From an uncultured archaeon (GTDB lineage Archaea > Asgardarchaeota > Lokiarchaeia > Sigyniarchaeales > SOKP01): a stretch of 14,008 nt of DNA. The stretch is from contig CAZBPC010000088.1 of assembly GCA_964493715.1 (NCBI GenBank), positions 1 to 14,008 on the forward strand. The letters run 5' to 3'. The notes under the pieces were generated by a model. The model was given only the letters and a program-made list of their open reading frames with translations, did no database searches and had not been told where the DNA came from. Positions 7,107 through 14,008 of this stretch are shown one piece after another (positions within the stretch are counted from its first letter, which is position 1; each line of letters starts with the position of its first letter). Made by a program: the position numbers and the translations under genes.

Positions 7107-7874
7107 TTATTCTTGTTTATCTTTCTTTATAAAAATTGCATGCATCCATTTGGGTAAAATAAAGCCACCGTAGAATTCCAAAGCACTGGATATTAACAAC
7201 AATCTTACCACAACCACCATAATGGCCAGTAAAGGATCAGTTGGATTTCCAAAAAGAGTACCAAGTAATGAATCCAAAATAGCAGCAATAGTGAATGTTA
7301 TGAAAGCAGCCCTTAACAGCTTTCCTTTGAGTCTAACATCTTTTTCTTTTGATCTGATAGATTTTTGCGCGAATTTAACTCCTGTTATAAGAAGTATTAA
7401 AATAACTAACAGCAAATAGATCGTAATAAATAACCCAAATTCAACCGTAAATGGTCGTGAAGGGACAATAACACCTATTTGTGTTATATCAGTGAAGAAA
7501 AAGAAAAAGAATGCAATCTCAAATAATATACTGAATATAATAGTCAAGGCCACTACTAAGGGTTGTCGTTTTTTATTAATCATATCCGTGTAAGCGATAA
7601 GCCAGCATAATAAAGCAAGAGGTATGAACACATTTCCTATTATCAGATACCATTCAACAGGTAATGATTGTTGAAAGAGCATATTCATTACAAAACTTAT
7701 TGAATCTGGAAAATACGGGTTAGCTATCCCAATCCATGAGAGACCTACTAAGATATAAAGTCTTGATTTATGTTGCGAATATTTTGAGAGGATTGTAATT
7801 CCAATAATTAAAGAAATAACCACAAAAATCAAGCTAAAACTTCCTTGTAAGATATCAACTAATTCTAAAGTCAT
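7107..7874 (-). CDS. Uncharacterised seven-transmembrane protein
   Basis: Seven hydrophobic stretches counted by eye (SFSLIFVVISLIIGITIL; LYILVGLSWIGIA; WYLIIGNVFIPLALLCWLIAY; LVVALTIIFSILFEIAFFFFFF; FGLFITIYLLLVILILLITGV; AAFITFTIAAILDSLLG; LLAIMVVVVRLLLISSAL); basic loop between segments 5 and 6; no catalytic domain. Confidence 0.8.
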   Translation of the reverse strand: MTLELVDILQGSFSLIFVVISLIIGITILSKYSQHKSRLYILVGLSWIGIANPYFPDSISFVMNMLFQQSLPVEWYLIIGNVFIPLALLCWLIAYTDMINKKRQPLVVALTIIFSILFEIAFFFFFFTDITQIGVIVPSRPFTVEFGLFITIYLLLVILILLITGVKFAQKSIRSKEKDVRLKGKLLRAAFITFTIAAILDSLLGTLFGNPTDPLLAIMVVVVRLLLISSALEFYGGFILPKWMHAIFIKKDKQE

Positions 7875-7983
7875 AATTATTATTACACGTTTTGAAGTGA
7901 TTGTTACTAATTTTGAGTTTGAGCTTAAAAAGTTTTATTTATTTTGCAAGGATGATATATAATTGATTGAAATAACTCAATCA

Positions 7984-9048
7984 TTAAATTATACAATAAT
8001 TATCAATAGAAGATTTATCTAAAAGAAGTTTTAAATGAGTATGATATTGATCAAGTGAGATATTTTGGTCGTGATATCTTTTATTGAGGTTATTTATAAT
8101 GTAAAATGGAGTGAATTTGACAAAACGAATATCTGAAAACAAAAAGCAAAAACCTTTTGCTTCAAAAATGATTTTTTTTTTCAATAACTCAGCAAACAAA
8201 TCTTCTTTATTATTTAAAGAATTTAGGCATTCATTTACTGTAAAAGATCTATGCCGTAATTCCTTTATCAGATTATAAATATCTTTATCAATTAAAAAAC
8301 CAGTAAGATATTTATCTTGGATTTCTTTTGCGAATTCGTAATTGGAAAAGAACTGAATTAATTCTTGTTTGTATCTTTTTAAAATTTGATCATCTTTAAT
8401 AATTTCGGGAAGCTTTTCAGGCGGAATTCTGGCATATGTAAGATCTTGAATTAAAAAATAACATTCTTTAAAACCTGGAACGATCTTTTTAACAATTAAA
8501 TTTTCTGTTAAGAAGGAAATTAGTAGAAGATCGATATTAACAGTTGAAAAACCGTATTCTTGCCTTAGCTTATTTGTTAAATTTGACTTAGATATTACCC
8601 CTTCTTCGAGGATCTGTAATATTGTAAATTTAATTTTGTCCTGAAAGAAGTTGATTAGGTTCTCACTTTCGTGCTTTGAATAATTATTAATTGTATTAAA
8701 CGCTTCTGATATGGCTCTTGTAATTTTATTTGTATTCATCAATTCTAGTAAATTTCGCCCGATTATGGCTAAGATATCTGGTGATATGACTTCCTCTTCT
8801 TTTTGTTCATAAATTAAAATTAAAAAATAAATTTCATTTTCATATTCTTGAAGGATTGAGACGTACTTTCTAAATACCTCATTTTCAGCTGAAACTTGAA
8901 GTTCAATCATGGTATTATCAACTAATTCATGTTGAGCCCAAATTTTTAATAATAAATCTTTTGTGATAAGATTCTTATCTGGTGGATAATTAATAATGGA
9001 TTCTGGACCCGTTGACTTGTTCCAATGACTTAAAAGAAGGCTTTTCAT
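7984..9048 (-). CDS. Putative longin/uDENN-domain protein with tandem winged-helix repeats (NPRL2-like architecture)
   Basis: N-terminus LLLSHWNKSTGPESIINYPP resembles the longin start of NPRL2/uDENN proteins (hydrophobic strand, aromatic-x4-GP, x5-6-P); two internal repeats at about residues 134-210 and 251-314. The ORF is solid; the domain call is by eye. Confidence 0.55.
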   Translation of the reverse strand: MKSLLLSHWNKSTGPESIINYPPDKNLITKDLLLKIWAQHELVDNTMIELQVSAENEVFRKYVSILQEYENEIYFLILIYEQKEEEVISPDILAIIGRNLLELMNTNKITRAISEAFNTINNYSKHESENLINFFQDKIKFTILQILEEGVISKSNLTNKLRQEYGFSTVNIDLLLISFLTENLIVKKIVPGFKECYFLIQDLTYARIPPEKLPEIIKDDQILKRYKQELIQFFSNYEFAKEIQDKYLTGFLIDKDIYNLIKELRHRSFTVNECLNSLNNKEDLFAELLKKKIIFEAKGFCFLFSDIRFVKFTPFYIINNLNKRYHDQNISLDQYHTHLKLLLDKSSIDNYCII

Positions 9049-9125
9049 AAAGGCTCATTCTATCCATTTTCGATGCATTTCTAATATTATAAAAAAAGTA
9101 AGTTTTATTTTTAATGCTATCAGAT

Positions 9126-9395
9126 TTAGGTGATTAGTCCAGGGTAACATTTTACTATTGCTTCGATTGATTTACTTAATAAATCAACAGTTTTATCATC
9201 TAAAGTACCACTATAATGATTAATCACACAATCGATAATCTGATTAGCGATTTCAATATCTTTTTGAGATAAGCGGTCTTTCTTGAATCGGAATAAATAA
9301 TCAAATTCCTCACGCAACCACTCTAATTCGTGAATCACGTTGGTTTCTATAATATCCTCAAAATCTCCCATGACTTTCATGATACTATATATCAA
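9126..9395 (-). CDS. Small helical hypothetical protein
   Basis: 89-codon ORF with amphipathic helical pattern (FEDIIETNVIHELEWLREEFDYLF). The real start may be one of the internal ATGs. Confidence 0.65.
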   Translation of the reverse strand: MIYSIMKVMGDFEDIIETNVIHELEWLREEFDYLFRFKKDRLSQKDIEIANQIIDCVINHYSGTLDDKTVDLLSKSIEAIVKCYPGLIT

Positions 9396-9584
9396 TATAT
9401 GTAATGTTTTTTCTGGATAGAATTCTAGTATGATACATCAATTTATATTTTAGCATAAAAAATTTAAATTCCACATAATTAATTAAGATTGACTTAAAGG
9501 TTGAGTATTTTATTAAATTATTACATATTTCAAACCGAAGAGAAAATTATCAGTTAAATGATCGTGTATTAATCAAATTAAACT

Positions 9585-9755
9585 TTATTCATTTTCTTCA
9601 GAAAATTGGTATCGCGTGATCATTTTTGAAAGTTCCCATATCGATTTCGTGTTATTTTCAATTATTGCATCAGAGAGATCCTCATACATATGAGATAATT
9701 TGTCTGTGCTTTTTTTAAAACTTACATATCCATGAATTTGATTAGAATCATCCAT
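9585..9755 (-). CDS. Small 56-aa hypothetical protein (not in the ORF track)
   Basis: ATG 9755 to TAA 9585: MDDSNQIHGYVSFKKSTDKLSHMYEDLSDAIIENNTKSIWELSKMITRYQFSEENE. Fills part of a roughly 450-nt gap, is co-oriented with its neighbours, and looks less AT-rich than the flanks. Confidence 0.5.
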   Translation of the reverse strand: MDDSNQIHGYVSFKKSTDKLSHMYEDLSDAIIENNTKSIWELSKMITRYQFSEENE

Positions 9756-9852
9756 AATATCTTATTTTTTACAATAAATAATAAAACTCAATATGATCTT
9801 GGTAATATGAATAAAACAAAATGAAAAAAAATTGATTTAATAACATCTAATG

Positions 9853-10161
9853 TTATTCCCATTTCATGCCAAGAAGACGATAACTGTCAGAAACGCCCAT
9901 CAACGGCTCAACTAAATATCTAAATCCCTCAATATTAAGAAAGGGCATGAAATATTTCATTACCTCTGTTTCTGCTTCTTCTAACTTACCTTTTTCAGTA
10001 TATAATAGATGATATTGTTTTATACCATCTAATCCTCCTGATGTGTTAAAAACTCTCCATTTAGTGACGAATTTGATATCCTTGGATTGTTTAACATAGA
10101 GTTTTGCCATTTCAGGGGCCTTATGAGGAGGATACCACACAGTTACCATGTAAATTCCCAT
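9853..10161 (-). CDS. Hypothetical protein, possibly ferredoxin-like alpha/beta fold (DUF3303-like)
   Basis: 102 aa with alternating strand/helix pattern (IYMVTVWYPP...GIKQYHLLY...EGFRYLVEPLM); GGTGA RBS at 10169-10173 on -. Confidence 0.7.
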   Translation of the reverse strand: MGIYMVTVWYPPHKAPEMAKLYVKQSKDIKFVTKWRVFNTSGGLDGIKQYHLLYTEKGKLEEAETEVMKYFMPFLNIEGFRYLVEPLMGVSDSYRLLGMKWE

Positions 10162-10262
10162 CTGTTTTTCACCTTTTAAATTTTGAATTTCAGGGTAATG
10201 AAAAATTGATCTGATTATTATTTAAATTTTGACATTTTTATCAAAATTAGATAAAAGTGAAA

Positions 10263-11564
10263 TTAAGATGATTGCTGTGATATATACAGAAATCGCTCTA
10301 AATAATAAACCCAAACTTGTGAGAAACTATTCCCTACAATAAGGTCACTCGCATGAGCTGCAAATGGAAAAGTCAGGAGCAAGCAATTAATTCCATTATT
10401 ATTTAAAGCTGATTTTATCGTTTCTGCATTATCTAATGAAACTAAATCATCTCTCAATCCTTGAAATATTAAAGCAGGAGGATCCCCGGCATCTGCTAAA
10501 TTACTCGGTGTAAATTTAGCATAAGCGGTTGGATTTGAGAGAGGATCCCCAGGAATGAGGCGTGTAAGGGGTTCATCATCAAAATAACGAGCTGCAAAAT
10601 TAGGAGGGTAAATTGGAACAATTCCCTTAATATTTAAAGCATTACTAAAATTTCCTGCAAAATAAGGATCATTATATCCTAAACCACACACAGCTGTTAA
10701 ATGTCCTCCAGCACTTCCACCCATTATAAAAACTGAATTCAAGTTTGCTTTGTATATTGGAGCATATTCATTTTCAAGTCTTTTCGTGAAATTCCCTATT
10801 TGGTAAATCATATCTGAAAGAGTAACATTTCCTCTCACATAATCTGGAGTAGGTATAAAAGAAGATCCTCCAGCGTCTAATAGTCCATATTGAATATCAA
10901 AGACAACATATCCTTGAGCTGCTAGATATTTATTAAGAACTAATACATTTCCTAAGCTTTTATCCCCATATTGCCAACTTCCACCATGAATTTTTATGAT
11001 TACACTATTATTCCCAGGCAGTTTTGATCCATCCCCTTTTGGATAATACGCATCGAAATATAACCGGAGTCCATCATTTTCATAGTATAAAACATCAACA
11101 TCTACATTACAATCTTTAATAGGAAAACCCAAAAAGTATCCATATAAATTGAATTGAGTGGGTGACATGTATGACTCTACTTGATTTGGAATCGTTGATC
11201 GCCAATCAGATCCATATGCCAAATTGAATTCATTTTCGGCATTTTGAATTGAAAAGGGAGTAGATATTAATGGTAGTGAGTTAAGGAGGGCAAGAGAAAA
11301 GCCAAAAATTAAAACTATTTTAGAAATCCACGTTTTTTTTTTATATCTTGTGGATAGCAATTTTAAAAGTAAAATTGTGGTGAGTATGTATAGAATAGTT
11401 AAAAATCCTGAGATTTGACTAAGAAAATATGATAGTGTTATAGCCAAACTAGTTGGAATTTTAAAAAGCACGATGGCGGTAAAATAGATACCTACAATAA
11501 ACGTTAAGATACAGATATTAATCAAGATTACCTTGAGGATATTTATTTTTTTGAATTTAGTCAA
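10263..11564 (-). CDS. Membrane-anchored alpha/beta-hydrolase (HSL-like esterase/lipase)
   Basis: Oxyanion motif IHGGSW, nucleophile elbow GGSAGG, FQGLRDDLV (Asp), AAHASD (His); three N-terminal hydrophobic helices. TTG at 11564, preceded by AAGGAGGGA, preferred over the track start at 11588. Confidence 0.9.
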   Translation of the reverse strand: MTKFKKINILKVILINICILTFIVGIYFTAIVLFKIPTSLAITLSYFLSQISGFLTILYILTTILLLKLLSTRYKKKTWISKIVLIFGFSLALLNSLPLISTPFSIQNAENEFNLAYGSDWRSTIPNQVESYMSPTQFNLYGYFLGFPIKDCNVDVDVLYYENDGLRLYFDAYYPKGDGSKLPGNNSVIIKIHGGSWQYGDKSLGNVLVLNKYLAAQGYVVFDIQYGLLDAGGSSFIPTPDYVRGNVTLSDMIYQIGNFTKRLENEYAPIYKANLNSVFIMGGSAGGHLTAVCGLGYNDPYFAGNFSNALNIKGIVPIYPPNFAARYFDDEPLTRLIPGDPLSNPTAYAKFTPSNLADAGDPPALIFQGLRDDLVSLDNAETIKSALNNNGINCLLLTFPFAAHASDLIVGNSFSQVWVYYLERFLYISQQSS

Positions 11565-12003
11565 AATTCCATCCCTCCTTGATATCATTATTTGAAAAGA
11601 TTAACAAGGAATAATAAATTCCATAGATAGCTATTATGAAAAATCCAGAAATGATCATTAATGAACCTAAAATAGCAAGAAAACCACTTATAATGAAATT
11701 GGTAAAAATAATGCCAAAAACAATCATTATAATGCAAAATATAAAGCTCATAATGAAAAAATATGAGTGTCGATTGATTTTTTTACCAATGATTGATGAT
11801 TTGTTCAAAAATTTATCGATTGTAAATAGGATTAATAGATCCGATGACCATGTGAATATCATAAATATTCCAAAAATATCATAAAGTATAGAAGGTGATG
11901 GCATTATTAGATAAAGAATACCTAAAGAAGACGTGATTATGTTTAGAAATATGGATATCTTACTTACTTGCTTCACAATAGTCTGCGGTTTTTTAATAAT
12001 CAT
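11557..12003 (-). CDS. Uncharacterised four-transmembrane protein
   Basis: Four hydrophobic segments; its stop overlaps the esterase start (TTGACTAA); begins 11 nt after the VTT gene stop. Confidence 0.7.
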   Translation of the reverse strand: MIIKKPQTIVKQVSKISIFLNIITSSLGILYLIMPSPSILYDIFGIFMIFTWSSDLLILFTIDKFLNKSSIIGKKINRHSYFFIMSFIFCIIMIVFGIIFTNFIISGFLAILGSLMIISGFFIIAIYGIYYSLLIFSNNDIKEGWNFD

Positions 12004-12014
12004 GATAGTATCCC

Positions 12015-12842
12015 TTATTTTTCAGACTCTGCTTTTCTACTATAATATCTGCTCGTAATATAATAGGCTACAAACATGACAACTAGTATTGCCAGTATTA
12101 TTAACAAGACATTATTAAAAAACGCAGATTGTGCTTCAATTTCTTTTAATGGTAGAGTTGCCCAATCAACAGGAGGAGTGATCCCTAATATTGAACCTAA
12201 CCAAGAATAAAAAAAAGCTCGAGGGATTGAACCAATTAAAGTACCAATACTGTATTTTTTAACATCCATATCGACCAATCCAGAAGCATAGCTTATAGGA
12301 TCAAAAGCTATAAAGGGCAAGAACCTAGCAACTATAATTGCACCCATGCCATATTTATGAATAAAATTGTCTGCTAAATCTATAACTTTATCTCCTACAA
12401 ATTTTTTAACTAACGGGCGACCTCCTTTTTTACTGATGTAGAAACATAGTAAAGCTGCTGCCATAGACCCTATGATTCCCATCACGCCACCACCAAATAC
12501 ACCCCATATTATTCCGGTTGCAAGTAGAACGATTTCAGAAGGTATTGGAACTATAAGTCCTTGGATAGCCATTACAGCTATAAATATTAGAATACCCACA
12601 AATCCTAAATAATAAATTGGATTTACAAACCAATCTACAACAAGTCGATATAGTATTGTGCCATCCACGAAATAAATATAATAAAGTAAAAAAAGTGAAA
12701 GTAAAATTAGTACTATAAAGACAATAATGTACAAAATTGTTTTCTTATCGTAATGAGAGAAATCTAAAAGATTTTTAATATAACCCTTAAATTTGCTCAG
12801 GAATGATTCTTTTTCATCTGAGGGAGTTTCGTTTTCACTCAT
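12015..12842 (-). CDS. TVP38/TMEM64 (VTT domain, DedA superfamily) membrane protein
   Basis: IQGLIVPIPSEIVLLATG, GSMAAALLCFYISKKGGR, ARFLPFIAFDPISYASGL, GTLIGSIPR. ATG at 12842 fits the GGAGA RBS spacing better than TTG at 12851. Confidence 0.9.
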   Translation of the reverse strand: MSENETPSDEKESFLSKFKGYIKNLLDFSHYDKKTILYIIVFIVLILLSLFLLYYIYFVDGTILYRLVVDWFVNPIYYLGFVGILIFIAVMAIQGLIVPIPSEIVLLATGIIWGVFGGGVMGIIGSMAAALLCFYISKKGGRPLVKKFVGDKVIDLADNFIHKYGMGAIIVARFLPFIAFDPISYASGLVDMDVKKYSIGTLIGSIPRAFFYSWLGSILGITPPVDWATLPLKEIEAQSAFFNNVLLIILAILVVMFVAYYITSRYYSRKAESEK

Positions 12843-12950
12843 ATTTTTCAAATCTCCTTTTTTCTTGCATTGTGATATTGTAAATTTAAATTTCTTTAAA
12901 AATTATAGTTTTCAATTTTCTGTACTACAAAATCTCAAGAATCGCTTATC

Positions 12951-13700
12951 ATGAAGCATCCTTACATTTTTGCGCATAGAGGAGGAATGGGTTTATGCAT
13001 CGAAAACACCCTTCCTTGCTTTCTTAAGGCTTTAAATTATAACGTTGGAATAGAAACCGATGTTCAGTTCACGGGAGATAAAGAGTTAATCTGTTTTCAT
13101 GATTATGTTTTTAAATTAAATTCCAAAACATATTCTGTTGCCAATTTAACATATAATGAGCTCCAAAAGTTAGAATTCCCCAATAATAGAAAAATACCAA
13201 CCGCTCATGATTTATTTAAGATGATATTAAACGAACATGAAGTCCGCATAAGTTTTGATATTCGGGGAATAAATGCCGGTAAAGCTCTCATTACTATTGC
13301 CAAGCAATATGGGTTATTAAACAATATTGAAATTTCTGATAGAAGAATGATAGTCCTTTCACAGTTAAGAAAATTTGAGAATAATGTAAAACTGATTTAT
13401 ACACTTTCAGAAGATATAGTGAAGATTAATGATGCTAACGTAAACTTTAAAAAGCTACACAAATTAAATGTGAACACAATTAATCTCAAATCATCTAGAG
13501 CAAACATGAAAAACTTTAATGAAATTGTCAATCATGATCTTAAATGCTACGTTTGGGATGTTAATAATAAATCTCGGCTAAAAAAAATCATGCAAATAGA
13601 AAATGAGAAAGTTTCAGCTATTTATACTGATTACCCAAATATCGCAATCGCAATTAGGAATGAAATCGAAGAATCAATTAACTCACTTAATAATGATTAG
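12951..13700 (+). CDS. Glycerophosphodiester phosphodiesterase (GDPD family)
   Basis: IFAHRGG, ENTL, GIETDVQ, ICFHD, YVWDVN and IYTDYP motifs. Confidence 0.92.
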   Translation: MKHPYIFAHRGGMGLCIENTLPCFLKALNYNVGIETDVQFTGDKELICFHDYVFKLNSKTYSVANLTYNELQKLEFPNNRKIPTAHDLFKMILNEHEVRISFDIRGINAGKALITIAKQYGLLNNIEISDRRMIVLSQLRKFENNVKLIYTLSEDIVKINDANVNFKKLHKLNVNTINLKSSRANMKNFNEIVNHDLKCYVWDVNNKSRLKKIMQIENEKVSAIYTDYPNIAIAIRNEIEESINSLNND

Positions 13701-13766
13701 TCAAATTTTTATTTTGAAATACTAATAATATAATTATTCAAATTATTAATTGGAATGTTAGGAATC

Positions 13767-14008
13767 ATGAAATTATCAAGAATAAATCTTTTACTTATTT
13801 ATGTAATCTTGGTTTGGATGATTTTAGCGATTATCTTTGGAGTCTACGATTTACAAATATCTATTGCAGTTGTAGATAAAAACTCAGTTTGGGGTAATTT
13901 TGGTGCAGATTATGGAGAAATTCCCGGATATGCATTAATTGCTGTTGCTCTAACCACATATCTTGGAGGGTATATTAAAAATACGAAAAAGCAGAAAATT
14001 TTGGGTTA
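13767..14008 (+). CDS. Membrane protein, probably PAP2-family phosphatase, partial (runs off the right edge)
   Basis: Open to the edge: MKLSRINLLLIYVILVWMILAIIFGVYDLQISIAVVDKNSVWGNFGADYGEIPGYALIAVALTTYLGG... The TM-DLQIS...GExP pattern resembles N-termini of PAP2-family membrane proteins; catalytic motifs would lie outside the window. Alternative in-frame ATG at 13755. Confidence 0.55.
   Translation, partial: MKLSRINLLLIYVILVWMILAIIFGVYDLQISIAVVDKNSVWGNFGADYGEIPGYALIAVALTTYLGGYIKNTKKQKILG

Noticed and set aside
7222-7419. 65-aa + strand ORF
   Set aside because: Antisense shadow of the 7TM gene.
7107-7874. Rhodopsin or true GPCR call for the 7TM protein
   Set aside because: No retinal-binding Lys motif in helix 7 and no DRY/NPxxY motifs; only the helix count is supported.
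9396-9852. Possible ncRNA, tRNA or CRISPR array in the long gap
   Set aside because: No GC-rich stems, cloverleaf or regularly spaced repeats; partly explained by the 56-aa ORF.
11636-11884. 82-aa + strand ORF rich in Ile/Lys/Met/Asn
   Set aside because: Composition is the typical mirror of an antisense membrane-protein gene (11557-12003).
12882-12893. Palindrome AAATTTAAATTT in the VTT/GDPD divergent spacer
   Set aside because: Pure A/T; indistinguishable from TATA elements or chance in this composition.

Overview
AT-rich (roughly 30% GC by eye) archaeal chromosomal window. Gene content (MglA/Arf-like small GTPase, longin-plus-winged-helix protein, stand-alone 7TM protein, hdrCB, DUF39-CBS enzyme) and GGTGA ribosome-binding sites suggest an Asgard archaeon, probably Lokiarchaeia; this is inference. 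From left to right: a partial DUF3604/PHP-like metallohydrolase and an EamA/DMT transporter (-); divergently, a two-gene MA1821/MA1822-type homocysteine-synthesis operon (+); a convergent hdrCB pair without hdrA (-); a small GTPase (+) converging on a 7TM protein and an NPRL2/uDENN-like protein (-); three small hypothetical proteins, one missing from the ORF track; and a lipid-handling block (membrane esterase, 4TM protein, VTT/DedA protein, GDPD, partial PAP2-like protein). I saw no rRNA, tRNA, CRISPR or mobile element. Best leads: the GTPase/7TM/longin neighbourhood, a ferredoxin that seems to need a non-canonical start, and nested inverted repeats between the EamA and homocysteine genes.
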